DNA from: Planctomycetota bacterium
Lineage (GTDB): Bacteria > Planctomycetota > MHYJ01 > WSZJ01
DNA: 64,000 nt
NCBI GenBank assembly: GCA_038060895.1
Contig: JBBTCT010000022.1
Span: 192,001 to 256,000 of the forward strand
Direction: 5' to 3'
Both the position numbers and the translations under genes were made by a program. The notes beneath the pieces were generated by a model. The model ran no database searches. It was not told where the DNA came from and worked only from the letters and a program-made list of their open reading frames with translations. Shown piece by piece: positions 45,686 to 55,093 of this stretch. The first letter of the stretch is position 1; each line of letters starts with the position of its first letter.

Positions 45686-47908
45686 GTGGGCAGGGAGCTC
45701 GAGATTCTCGCTGGACTCATGGCAGTCCAGCTGCGCCTCGTGCCGGGCCCCCGATTCATCCACGCCGGCGCGCAGACCGAATCGGACCCGACGAAACTCC
45801 TCACCCGGCGACTGGTCGAGGAACGGGACATCGGCGAAGCCGAAATGGCGTCGATTCTCATGCTGGCGTCGGGGCAGGTCCGGCAGCACGGCGGGGACGA
45901 GACCGCCGCCCTGGCCTCGGCGCCGATCGACCCGAAGCTCCTCGACGCGCTTCTGGAGTGCGGGCCGTCTCCGAAAATGAAAGGGTTGCTGCGGCTGCTG
46001 CGTCCCGCGGAAAAAGTCGGCACTTCGGTGCTGCCGGGGCACGCACCGAAGCTGTCGCTCATCGACACTTCGGAGCTGGACGACGTTCTCGGCGGCGGCG
46101 AAGTCGACCTGGAACAGGAGCTCCGCGGCGCGCGGCCGATGGGCGGCGGCCTGGCCATCCCCGCTTCCATTCCGGCGCCGACCGCGGAATCGGCCGAGGC
46201 GGACGACGTCCGCAGGGTTGAGCGCGCGCTGAAAACGTACGCGGATTCGCTGGCGGCGGCGCAGGGGCAGAAAGGGTTCCATGCCAGGGGGATGACGCGC
46301 GGCGTCTCGGAGTCGAACGTGACGGCGCTCGGGTCCGACCAGTCCGCGACCCGGGAAGCCAGGCAGAAAGCGGCGACCTTGTTCGAGGGATTGCGCAAGA
46401 CGATCGAGGAAGCGGTCGCGCGCCGGCCCGCGAACCGCGCCATCCGGCACGCCGCGGCGGAGTTCTACACGCGCGCGGCGAGCCAGCGCGAAATCGAGGG
46501 AGAGGCGGCGGCTTCTTCCGAACTCAAGGCCCGCGCCCGGCTGCTCGACACCTCCGTTCACTCCGCGGTCCGGCGCTCCGGGACGCTGGGCGTGCGGACC
46601 CGGGCGTTTTCCTGCGCGTGCGTGCGCGAGGGACGCGAGTTCGCGCCCGGCGCGCTGGCACTTCGCGGCCTGAGCCTGTTCACCGGCCTCCCCGCAGTCA
46701 AATCGCCCTCGAAAGTTCCGGGAGATTCCGGCGAATCGGATCGCCCCGTCCGGCTGAAGGCCCACGGGCCCGAGTGCGTTCCGGCGCCCCTTCCCGGAGC
46801 CGACGTCTGGCTCTTCCGGTACGACCTCGGCACGGATCACTCCACGCTCACGACGCCGAAGGACGTGGCCGGGCGCGGGACCGATCCGCTGCCGGTTCAT
46901 CTGCGCGAAGCGCTTTTTGCGAAGAACTCCCCGCACGCGCCGGAAGGGCCCGGCGTCCACCTCGGGAAGACGCCGGTGGAGGGCCTCGTCCTCCCCTCCG
47001 GTTCGTGGATGCTGCTGGTCTGGCAAGCCGGCCGCAATCCGGCGCGGGTGCCCGTGCGCACGGGCGTCAGCGGCGACACTTCCATCGACGTGACGCTGTC
47101 GCTCCCCACGGAAGTTCCGCCGAAGTTCGCTTCGATCGCCGAAGGAACGTTCCTGTACCAGGGGGACGTGAAGAACCCGCACTCGGAGCCCGGCCAGTCC
47201 GGATCGACGCACGAGTTCCTGCTGGCGAAGTACCCGGTCACCGCGAGGGAGTACGCCGAATTTCTGAACGCCCGCTGCCAGGCGGAACTCGACCTCGTCG
47301 TGCGCCGGAGCGCGCCGCGGGACGTGGAAAAGGCGACCACTCTCTGGCCCGGGCCTCCGTTTGCCGTGCCGACGGCGCAGGCCCTCGAGGCCGCGCCCGC
47401 GGAGTTCCGCGCCGCCGCGAAGAAACTCCCCGGCTGCACCGCCGACTGGAATGAACGGTGGCCGATCGTCTCGATTTCGTGGCGCGACGCGATGATGTTC
47501 TGCGAATGGAAGCGCGCCACCACGGGATGGCTCATGACGCTTCCCCACGAAATCGACTGGGAGAAAGCCGCCAGGGGAGTGGACGGGCGGACGTTTCCGT
47601 GGGGGCACGGCCTGAAGCAGGGCAACTGCAATACCGTCAGCGCGCGTCCCGACTCGGCCAGCCCCTCGGCCGTGGAGGAGTTCCCGGCCGACGAGTCGCC
47701 CTACGGCGTCTTCGGGCTCGGCGGGAACGCGCGCGACATGTGCCTCAACCAGCCCGGGCCGGAATTCGCCGGGCAGCGCGTCATGCGCGGCGGCTACTGG
47801 GCGAGCGACGGCCTCCGCTGCCACTCCAGCTACCGCACCTGCGCCAGGCAGGACCACGTTTCCGCGAACGGAGGCTTCCGGCTGATGTGCATCACACGGC
47901 TCTCCTGA
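45686..47908 (+). CDS. FGE-sulfatase (SUMF1) domain protein
   Basis: KYPVTAREY, WEKAARGVDGRTFPWG, SPYGV..LGGN, GFR. Confidence 0.85.
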   Translation: MGRELEILAGLMAVQLRLVPGPRFIHAGAQTESDPTKLLTRRLVEERDIGEAEMASILMLASGQVRQHGGDETAALASAPIDPKLLDALLECGPSPKMKGLLRLLRPAEKVGTSVLPGHAPKLSLIDTSELDDVLGGGEVDLEQELRGARPMGGGLAIPASIPAPTAESAEADDVRRVERALKTYADSLAAAQGQKGFHARGMTRGVSESNVTALGSDQSATREARQKAATLFEGLRKTIEEAVARRPANRAIRHAAAEFYTRAASQREIEGEAAASSELKARARLLDTSVHSAVRRSGTLGVRTRAFSCACVREGREFAPGALALRGLSLFTGLPAVKSPSKVPGDSGESDRPVRLKAHGPECVPAPLPGADVWLFRYDLGTDHSTLTTPKDVAGRGTDPLPVHLREALFAKNSPHAPEGPGVHLGKTPVEGLVLPSGSWMLLVWQAGRNPARVPVRTGVSGDTSIDVTLSLPTEVPPKFASIAEGTFLYQGDVKNPHSEPGQSGSTHEFLLAKYPVTAREYAEFLNARCQAELDLVVRRSAPRDVEKATTLWPGPPFAVPTAQALEAAPAEFRAAAKKLPGCTADWNERWPIVSISWRDAMMFCEWKRATTGWLMTLPHEIDWEKAARGVDGRTFPWGHGLKQGNCNTVSARPDSASPSAVEEFPADESPYGVFGLGGNARDMCLNQPGPEFAGQRVMRGGYWASDGLRCHSSYRTCARQDHVSANGGFRLMCITRLS

Positions 47909-48026
47909 TGGCCCGTCCGGCGGCGCCTCCCTTGTCCGGCGCCTGGAGCAGGAGGTACGCTTGCAGACATCCATCAGCGGGGAAGCCGGCGATCCGCGCC
48001 GGGCGCTGGATTCAGGGGAAGCGGCG

Positions 48027-49856
48027 GTGACAGAGCAAGAGAATCCGGGCCGGTGCCGGAACTTCGTGAACGCCTGCCGTGAACGGCGGTCGGTGAAGGT
48101 CCTCGCCGCGGGGGTGTTCCTCCTCGCGGCCGCGTGGGTCGTGCAGATCGCCTCACAGCCCGAGGGCCCGCGCTTCCGCGAAGGCCTCGCTCTCTACGCG
48201 ACTCGCTTCTGGCCGCTTCTGGGAAGCGCCGCCGTGCTCTTCGCCGTGTGGGTCGCGCTGTGGGCCGCGACGCACCGCGCGAAGCTCTCGGCGGTCCTGC
48301 TCCTCGTGCTGTGGCTGCCGCCTGCGATCGCCAACGCGGCGAAGCTGGCGAGCCTCGACCTCCCGCTGATGCCGCTGGACGCGTACCGCACGGGGGACAT
48401 GCTGTCGATTTTTCACGCGGACCTCGTGCGGCCGGGGGGGTGGCTGAAGCTGTCGCTCCTGGTCGCGCTCACGGCGCCGCTCGTCATGGCATTCGCGGTG
48501 ATGCCGTCGCCGAAGACGCGGCCGCGCGTCCGCATCGCCGCCGGCGTGGCGGCCCTCGCGTTCCTGGGCTCGCTCTTTCTCCCGGCGACGAACGTCTTCG
48601 CGCAGCTCTCGGGACCGTTCACGCGCTACAGCTGGGACAGCCGCGGCACCCACGACCAGAACGGATTCGTCGTGTTTTTCGCCATGAACTGCCGGTACGT
48701 GAGGGTCGAAGAGCCGCGCGGCTACTCGGAGGAAGCGGTCGCGCGCATCATCCGCGAGCTGCCGCCGTCCACTGCGAAGACGAGCGGCCTCCGCCCGAAC
48801 GTCATCGTCGTCCTGAGCGAGTCGTTCAGCGACGTGACGCGCATCCCGGGCGTCGAATTCGAAACCGACCCGCTCCCGACCCTCCACGAACTCCAGCGCG
48901 ACTTCGGCCGCCTCGACCTCGTCAGCCCCGTCTACGCCGGCATCACGTGCAACGCCGAGCTCGAGATCCTCACCGGATTCAACATGCGCTTCTTCCCCGA
49001 ACCCTCCGCCGCCTGGGTCGATTCGATCCGCCGCCCGGTGCCGTCTCTCGCTTCCATCCTCCGCGGCCACGGATATCGCGCGATCTCGCTTCACGCCGCC
49101 GGCGGGTTCCACAACGACGCGCAGGTGCAGCCGCTTCTCGGTTTCGAAAAGTGCATTCCCGGAAGCGACTGGGTCAACCGCGACGCGATCGGCTGGCTCG
49201 TGACGGACGAAGCGGTGACGAAGGAGGTCATCCGCGTTTCGCGCGAGCTGCCGCGGCCGTGGTTCGTGTGCGTGAACACCATCGAGGGGCACGCGCCCTA
49301 CGACGGCAAGTACCCGGACCCGAAGTGCGGGATTCGCTTTACGAGGCCGCTCTCGGAGAAGTCGCGTGAGATTCTCGAAGGGTACGCGTACGGACTGAAC
49401 CGAGCCGACCGCGCGCTGCGCGCGCTCATCGACGGGTACCGCGACTCGCCCGAGCCCACGCTCATCCTGTTCTACGGCGACCACCTTCCCGACCTCGGCG
49501 AGAACTTCCTCGCCTGGAGCGAAACCGGTTTCCTCCCGCCCGGACAGGGAAGCTCCTCCCTCGCCATGCGCACCGTCCCCGCCGCGATCTGGAACAACTA
49601 CGGGAAGCGGCTTCCCGTGCTCAACGGTCCCGTCGGCATGTCGCGAGTCCTGCCGCTTCTCCTCGACGCGCTCGAGTTGCCGAAGCCGGCGCACGTGCGC
49701 GTCGTCGAGCAGGTGGGCGCCCGCTGGCCGGTCGTGAGCACCGCGGGATGCTTTGACGCCAGCGGGACCGGCGCGGACGCGGATCTCGCCGATTACTCCC
49801 TCATGCAGTACGACCTGCTGTTCGGCAAGCAGCACTTCCTGCAGGGCGGGCGCTGA
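48027..49856 (+). CDS. LTA synthase family (sulfatase-like) membrane protein
   Basis: PNVIVVLSESF, GITCNAELE, GHAPY, FYGDHLP. Confidence 0.88.
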   Translation: MTEQENPGRCRNFVNACRERRSVKVLAAGVFLLAAAWVVQIASQPEGPRFREGLALYATRFWPLLGSAAVLFAVWVALWAATHRAKLSAVLLLVLWLPPAIANAAKLASLDLPLMPLDAYRTGDMLSIFHADLVRPGGWLKLSLLVALTAPLVMAFAVMPSPKTRPRVRIAAGVAALAFLGSLFLPATNVFAQLSGPFTRYSWDSRGTHDQNGFVVFFAMNCRYVRVEEPRGYSEEAVARIIRELPPSTAKTSGLRPNVIVVLSESFSDVTRIPGVEFETDPLPTLHELQRDFGRLDLVSPVYAGITCNAELEILTGFNMRFFPEPSAAWVDSIRRPVPSLASILRGHGYRAISLHAAGGFHNDAQVQPLLGFEKCIPGSDWVNRDAIGWLVTDEAVTKEVIRVSRELPRPWFVCVNTIEGHAPYDGKYPDPKCGIRFTRPLSEKSREILEGYAYGLNRADRALRALIDGYRDSPEPTLILFYGDHLPDLGENFLAWSETGFLPPGQGSSSLAMRTVPAAIWNNYGKRLPVLNGPVGMSRVLPLLLDALELPKPAHVRVVEQVGARWPVVSTAGCFDASGTGADADLADYSLMQYDLLFGKQHFLQGGR

Positions 49857-49859
49857 TGC

Positions 49860-50261
49860 CTAGGGCGGGCAAAGCAGCGGGATCGCTTCGCGTTTGTTCC
49901 TGCGATAGACATGAAAGTCGGTTCGGTCAGTCGTGATCACGATGTGGCGCGGGTACATCTCGCTCATGCGGATGAGGCAGAGATCGGCAAAATCGGGTTT
50001 CAAGTCGGCGTAACGCTTCGCCAGGGCTGCCAGCTGCGGAATATGCGCGCGGGATTCGAATGACGGAAGCACCAGGCCTTCCTCGATCATCGCCAGGACG
50101 ATGGCAGAGTCCTGTACGTGGAAGGCCGCTTCCGCAAGGACCGCATCGCAGGTGAGCAGCGGTTCCGTCATGCCTTCCGCCACGCTGACGGCCCAGTCGT
50201 GGTGCATGTCGTTCCGGCGGATGAAGGCGACGATGAAGCCGGTGTCGGCGATCCCCTTCAA
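49860..50261 (-). CDS. vapC: PIN-domain (VapC-like) toxin
   Basis: ADTGFIVA, VLAEA, DFADLCL, TTD.TDF. Confidence 0.88.
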   Translation of the reverse strand: MKGIADTGFIVAFIRRNDMHHDWAVSVAEGMTEPLLTCDAVLAEAAFHVQDSAIVLAMIEEGLVLPSFESRAHIPQLAALAKRYADLKPDFADLCLIRMSEMYPRHIVITTDRTDFHVYRRNKREAIPLLCPP

Positions 50262-50473
50262 TGCTTGCTGAAGCCCTTGCGCATCGAAAGGTCGCGAGGC
50301 CCTCCGCGGATGATGCCTGCGAGCCTCATGAATTTGCGTTGCTCGCCGGCCGCGCGAGCCTTCTCCAGCTGCTCGCGGACGAGACGGCCCTGTGAAATCC
50401 CGCTCCGGGCGGCGGCTTTTTCAAGCCAGTCGGCGAGGTCGGGGGTGAGGCGGATGGAGAGTGTACGACTCAT
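50258..50473 (-). CDS. vapB: CopG/RHH antitoxin
   Basis: TLSIRL...GISQGRLVRE; ATGA overlap with the toxin. Confidence 0.85.
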   Translation of the reverse strand: MSRTLSIRLTPDLADWLEKAAARSGISQGRLVREQLEKARAAGEQRKFMRLAGIIRGGPRDLSMRKGFSKH

Positions 50474-50490
50474 ATGGCAGAAGTGTACTC

Positions 50491-50615
50491 AGAGCGCGCG
50501 AAGAAGTCGAGTGCCGTCGGCGGTCGGACCTCGCTGCGCGACGCCGCCGAACGGCCGGCGTCGTCGCTTCGCTCGCCCCGACCGCTCGCCGTCACTCGAT
50601 TTCTTCGCGCGCTCT
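50491..50615. repeat. ~120-bp palindromic intergenic repeat, copy 2
   Basis: Shares gccgtcggc.gtcggacctcgctgc and gccccgaccgc.cgcc.tc.ctcg with 30384-30502. Confidence 0.7.
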
Positions 50616-50642
50616 CACCTGGCCCGCACCGGTCAATGCGCC

Positions 50643-52229
50643 CTACTTTTCCGCCTCCAGCCGGACGGTCACGTTTTGCACCGATCGATCGCGGACTCTC
50701 AATTCCGCGCTCAACTTCTCTCCGTCCACTTCCCCCCACGCCACCAGGTCCAGCCGGTCCACGTCCTCGGAATCGAAGAGCAGGCTGAACCGCCCGTCCG
50801 CCCCGACGACGACGATGCCGGAGTCGGGGCGCTTGATGAGGGTGCAGACGCTCGCTCCCGCGCAGGGTTCGCCGTCGGGCTTGAGGACGACCCCGGCGAT
50901 GCGGAAGCCGGCGCGGAGGCGGACGACGAGTTCTTGCCCCTGGGGCTCGACGTTGCGGACGAGTCCCTTGACCCAGTCGATCGCGGCGGGGTCGTCGTCG
51001 GGAGGAGAGACCTCGACGAGCAGTTTCACGGGAGGGAGGCCGGTGAACGCGGCGACGCCGAGCTGATCCGTGACGCGGGCGCTGGCCGGGCTCTCGTAGA
51101 CTTCATAGAGCCGCACGGCCGCCGCGGCGACAGGCCCGCCCGTCGGCGATTCGACCTTGACCCGCAGCGTCCGGTCGAGCGGCTGCACCTGGAGCTGCAG
51201 GACGAGGTCGCGCGCGCCGGCGCTCACGCCGGGCAGCGAGCCGGTGACGCGGACCGGCCACGTGTCTTCCGCTTCCTGAAGCGCCGGCGCCTTCTCGCCG
51301 AAGTCGATCGCGAGCGTGACGGTTTCGCCTTCGGGGACGGTGGCTTCGAAGCGGCCCTCGGCGTCGGTTTTGGCCGTCGAGACCGTGTCCTTCCCCCGGA
51401 GAGTGGCGACGACGCCGCCCTTGAAGGGTCGCCCGCGAGGAGTCAGGACGACGCCTGAGGCGATGCCCGCATCCTCGAGCACGAAGCGCACGTCGTTGCC
51501 GTCGTCCGGGTACAGCTGCGTCTGCATCGGCAGCACGTAGCGGCGTCCGAAGGCGGGGGTTTCGACGACCTCGACCACGGGAAAGTCCCCGTACGACGTC
51601 AGCCGGGCGACGCCGAGCTCGTTGGTGGGGACGCACCCCTGCTTCGGGTCGTCGTTCGCGCGCTCCGACGAAACCACGACCTGCGCGCCGGCGACCGCGG
51701 CGCCGCGGGCGTCGACGACGGTCACGGTGATGATCCGCGCCTGCGGAAGGCGCAGTTCGAGGCCGTCGCGACTTCTTCCATCGGACAGGTCGAAGGGAAG
51801 CGTCACCACGCTTGCGGGGAAACGCAACGCGTCACCCGCCGAGAGGATTCCTGTGCTGGCGGGCAGGCCGTCAAACCGGAAAGCCCCGTCGGACCCTGTC
51901 TCCACGCCATTCATGAAGATGTCCGCAACCGATCTCGTCGAGCGAACCTGCACCAGGCAGCCGGCCGCGGCCGTCCCGTCGTGATTCAGCACCCGACCCG
52001 CGATGAAGAGTTTCCCGGCGGGCGCCGGAGCCCGCAGGCCCGTCGAACTTTCCTTCGGCGGGCTGCCTTCGCCGCCCTCGCCTGCCGCCGGCCTCTCGGG
52101 GCCCCGCGCCAGGTCCGCGGACGAGTCTTCGACAACGGGGCGCTCCGCCCCACGGAACCGGAGCCAGAGCCCGGCCGCCCCTGCCATCAGCAGGCAAAAG
52201 ACGACGCCGATGACAACGCGGTTCCGCAC
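50643..52229 (-). CDS. Carboxypeptidase-regulatory-like repeat exported protein
   Basis: Repeated IxGxVxxxDGxPxAGAxV...TDxxGxF units. Confidence 0.8.
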   Translation of the reverse strand: MRNRVVIGVVFCLLMAGAAGLWLRFRGAERPVVEDSSADLARGPERPAAGEGGEGSPPKESSTGLRAPAPAGKLFIAGRVLNHDGTAAAGCLVQVRSTRSVADIFMNGVETGSDGAFRFDGLPASTGILSAGDALRFPASVVTLPFDLSDGRSRDGLELRLPQARIITVTVVDARGAAVAGAQVVVSSERANDDPKQGCVPTNELGVARLTSYGDFPVVEVVETPAFGRRYVLPMQTQLYPDDGNDVRFVLEDAGIASGVVLTPRGRPFKGGVVATLRGKDTVSTAKTDAEGRFEATVPEGETVTLAIDFGEKAPALQEAEDTWPVRVTGSLPGVSAGARDLVLQLQVQPLDRTLRVKVESPTGGPVAAAAVRLYEVYESPASARVTDQLGVAAFTGLPPVKLLVEVSPPDDDPAAIDWVKGLVRNVEPQGQELVVRLRAGFRIAGVVLKPDGEPCAGASVCTLIKRPDSGIVVVGADGRFSLLFDSEDVDRLDLVAWGEVDGEKLSAELRVRDRSVQNVTVRLEAEK

Positions 52230-52235
52230 GAAGGT

Positions 52236-52964
52236 CTATTTGTCCTCCGTTTCGTCCGGCTTCCCGTGTTTCACCAGCTTCGCCGGCCCGTCCTTGATCA
52301 GCCCGATCCCCTTCACGTAGTACTTGTACTCAATGTGCCCGGGCTCGAGCGGCGTCGATTCCTGGATCTTGAGCACGTCCTTGAACTTCCCGGCCGGCGT
52401 CGTGACCTTGCGGTCGAGGCCGACGATCTCCGCCCGGTCCATCGCGACCCCGGGGGCGACTTCCTGCATGTAGCGGGCGCCCAGAAGCGCCGTCCCCGGC
52501 ATGATCATTCCGAACTTCGCGCCGTCCTTGCCGGCGAGCCAGGAGCCGTCGTGCGAGACGACCTTCCCGCCCTTGTACATGTCCACGTCCTCGCCGAAGT
52601 AGTACACGGCGTTGGTGCGCTTCGAGATCACGAAGTAGTTGCGCGAGACCTCGATCAGTTCGTCTCCTTCCCACTCTTTCTCCTCGACGATGCGCGTGTT
52701 GATGTCGCCGACCTTCTTCGTCTCTTTGAGGACGGTGATCAGGAGCTTGAGCTTCTTTTTCCCCTCCATCCCTTCGTACTCGAGCACGTAACCGGGATCG
52801 AGAATGAAGTAAGGGTTCTTGCCGGATGTCTCGAAGTCCGCGGGGTCCTCGCCGAAATCCTGTGTGAACACGGGCTCGTCCGGCGGCGGCGCTTTCGGGT
52901 CTTCTGCGCAGACGGTCAGGACGAGAAAAAGGGCGGAGGCGGTGAAAAGGGAAGCGCGGATCAT
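52236..52964 (-). CDS. Conserved secreted hypothetical protein
   Basis: RBS AGGAG; signal peptide; NPYFIL.PG, YYFGE, GSWLAG, KYYVKGIG. Confidence 0.8.
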   Translation of the reverse strand: MIRASLFTASALFLVLTVCAEDPKAPPPDEPVFTQDFGEDPADFETSGKNPYFILDPGYVLEYEGMEGKKKLKLLITVLKETKKVGDINTRIVEEKEWEGDELIEVSRNYFVISKRTNAVYYFGEDVDMYKGGKVVSHDGSWLAGKDGAKFGMIMPGTALLGARYMQEVAPGVAMDRAEIVGLDRKVTTPAGKFKDVLKIQESTPLEPGHIEYKYYVKGIGLIKDGPAKLVKHGKPDETEDK

Positions 52965-53098
52965 GGGGGCTCCTGCGGGCAGGTAGAAGTGCCTTCGACC
53001 ATACGCCCCGGAGCGTGGGCGGTTCAAGGACCATATGCGGGCTCCGCGGGCCGAAGTCTCGAGCAGACGATTGCCTGCTCCATGATTTTCAGTCCAAG

Positions 53099-54109
53099 TC
53101 AGCCACCGAGGATCACGCACGAGTCCCCGAACTCGTGGCAGAGGTAACCTTCGGATTCGGCGTGCCGGTAAGACTCGCGCAGCAGTTCCTCCGCCGCGAA
53201 TGCGCACAGCAGCCGGTAGTGGCTGGTGCCGGGTTCGTGGATGCCGGTGAAGATCCCGTGGACGACGCGGGGCCGGGTGTCCGGGGTCACGAGGTGCGTC
53301 GTGCGGCCGGCGCCGGCGCGGATTTCGCCATCGTGCGAACAGGCGCTTCCTTCGAGCGCGCGCACAACGCTGGTGCCGACGGCGATCACGCGGCGCGCGA
53401 CGGCGATCGCATCCACCGTGGCCTGCGGAATCTCGAAGCTTTCCCCGAACGGCAGGCGCGCGTCGAGCGCGGCGTCGCCGGAAGAAGAGAGCCCCGCCGA
53501 GTGCGTGATCGACGCGACGCGCACGCCGGCGCGCGCGAGCCCGAGCAGCGTCGCCCACGACAGCGGGCGCCCCGCCGACGGCGCTTCCGCCGCCCACGGC
53601 CGTGCGGCCCAGCCGGTCTGGACGTCCCAGAGCGCGAGGGGGCGGTCGAGGTACGAGTACTGCACGGGACGGCCGGCGCGATAGAGCGCGGGCCAAAAGG
53701 CGTCGGGGGGTTCGTCGAAACGGAGGTGCACGAGGCGGGGCGAAACGGCGTCCACGGCGGTGACGATGGCGTGCAACTCCGCGCCGAAATCGAGGTGCGT
53801 GCCGGCCGGAAGAAGCGGCGGCGCCGGTCGGTCCTCGGTGCGCGCACGCCAGTCGCCGGCGCCGAAGGCGATCGCTTCCCAGGAATCTGCTGACGGTGCG
53901 CCGCACAGGCGAAGCTCGACGGGATGCGAGGTGGAATTGAGGGAAGCGGGGAGAGTCGCGGCGTCGTTGACGACGACGAGGTCGCGGGGACGAAGGAAGG
54001 AGGGGAGGTCGCGGACGCGTGAGTCGTGGAAAGCGCCGGTGGATGGGTCGATTCGGAGAAGGCGCTCGGCGTCGCGGTCCGTGCGGGGGTGGCGGGCGGG
54101 GCTGAGCAT
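53099..54109 (-). CDS. QueA-like S-adenosylmethionine:tRNA ribosyltransferase-isomerase family protein
   Basis: DLVVVNDAAT, EAPSAG, IAVGTSVVRALE, YLCHEFGDS. Confidence 0.88.
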   Translation of the reverse strand: MLSPARHPRTDRDAERLLRIDPSTGAFHDSRVRDLPSFLRPRDLVVVNDAATLPASLNSTSHPVELRLCGAPSADSWEAIAFGAGDWRARTEDRPAPPLLPAGTHLDFGAELHAIVTAVDAVSPRLVHLRFDEPPDAFWPALYRAGRPVQYSYLDRPLALWDVQTGWAARPWAAEAPSAGRPLSWATLLGLARAGVRVASITHSAGLSSSGDAALDARLPFGESFEIPQATVDAIAVARRVIAVGTSVVRALEGSACSHDGEIRAGAGRTTHLVTPDTRPRVVHGIFTGIHEPGTSHYRLLCAFAAEELLRESYRHAESEGYLCHEFGDSCVILGG

Positions 54110-54114
54110 GGTCT

Positions 54115-54885
54115 TTAGCCTCCGCCAGCTTTCGCCAGCCTCGGCCAGCCTTCGCCAGCCTCACCTTCCATTCCCGGCAAACCGCTGAGCCGCGTTCCGC
54201 TGGGGATTTCCTCAACCCCCTCGATGCACCGCACGATCCGCTTCGCCACTTCCGCCGGATCCGCCAGCGTCGCGGGGTCGGCCTCGGGCATTGCTTCGGC
54301 ATGCATGCGCGTGTTCATCTCGCCGGGGTCGATGCCGAGGAAGCGCACGCCGGTGCCTTCGAGTTCCGCGGCCCAGATGCGGGCGAGGTGATCGAGGGCT
54401 GCCTTGGAAGAGGAGTAGGCGCCCCAGCCGGGGTAGGCGCTTGTGGCGGCGTCGCTGGAGATGTGGAGGACGAGGCCGCGGCGGCGGAGGACCATGGAGC
54501 CGGCGAGGGCTTTGGTCAGGCGGAAGGGACCGACGAGGTTGACCTCGAGGACGCGGGAGAGGTCTTCGCACTCGGTGTCGAGGAGGAGGGGAAGGGGCGT
54601 TTTGCCGAGGGTGCTGGCGTTGTGGACGAGGAGGTCGATCGGGCCGACGAGGGCGGCCGCGGCGCCGGCGAGAGGGTAGATCGCGGACTTGTCGCCGATG
54701 TCGGCGGGGAGGGGGTGGGCTTCACCGCCTTCGGCGCGGATTTCGGCCGCGACGCGATCGAGATCCGTTCTTGAGCGGGCGACGAGGACGACGCGGGCGC
54801 CGCGGCGGGCGAGTTCCTTCGCGAGCGAGGCGCCGAGGCCGCGGCCGGCGCCGGTGACGAGAGCGGAAAGACGGTTGAGATTCAT
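54115..54885 (-). CDS. SDR family oxidoreductase
   Basis: TGAGRGLG, HNAS, YSSSK; the 3' end includes a 10-bp tandem repeat (54118-54161). Confidence 0.92.
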   Translation of the reverse strand: MNLNRLSALVTGAGRGLGASLAKELARRGARVVLVARSRTDLDRVAAEIRAEGGEAHPLPADIGDKSAIYPLAGAAAALVGPIDLLVHNASTLGKTPLPLLLDTECEDLSRVLEVNLVGPFRLTKALAGSMVLRRRGLVLHISSDAATSAYPGWGAYSSSKAALDHLARIWAAELEGTGVRFLGIDPGEMNTRMHAEAMPEADPATLADPAEVAKRIVRCIEGVEEIPSGTRLSGLPGMEGEAGEGWPRLAKAGGG

Positions 54886-54911
54886 TGAGAGCCCTCCGGA
54901 TTGTGTTCCCT

Positions 54912-54946
54912 ACTTAATAAAGTAACTCCTTTACTAAGTTTGTCAA
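54912..54946 (-). promoter_or_regulatory. Promoter and palindromic operator of the SDR-QueA-like operon
   Basis: TTGACA-16 nt-TACTTT on the minus strand, overlapped by the IR ACTTAATAAAG-N6-CTTTACTAAGT. Confidence 0.6.
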
Positions 54947-55093
54947 GCGGGTTGGGTAGAAAGGCGGGAGAGAACGGAACCTGGCCCTTGCCCAGGGGAC
55001 GGAATGGGAGCGCCTGGGATTGAAGTTTGGTGGGCAAGGGCAAGGGCGAGGGCAACGACTGCGCTGTGACCGAATTCCGGTAACATTCCGGCG

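Noticed and set aside
33700-47908. Diversity-generating retroelement targeting the FGE (C-type lectin fold) domains
   Set aside because: No reverse transcriptase and no template repeat differing at adenines seen in this window
22743-54109. rimO and the QueA-like gene as parts of the tRNA-array system
   Set aside because: They lie 15-46 kb away among unrelated genes; no sequence evidence of linkage
52965-54302. 688-aa ORF extension of the 52236 gene, and similar long Arg/Pro-rich shadow ORFs elsewhere
   Set aside because: These are alternate-frame artefacts of high GC overlapping real genes; the true start has an RBS at 52964
54977-55056. Short GGGCAA/TTGCCC repeats as a mobile element
   Set aside because: Too short and degenerate, single occurrence in the window
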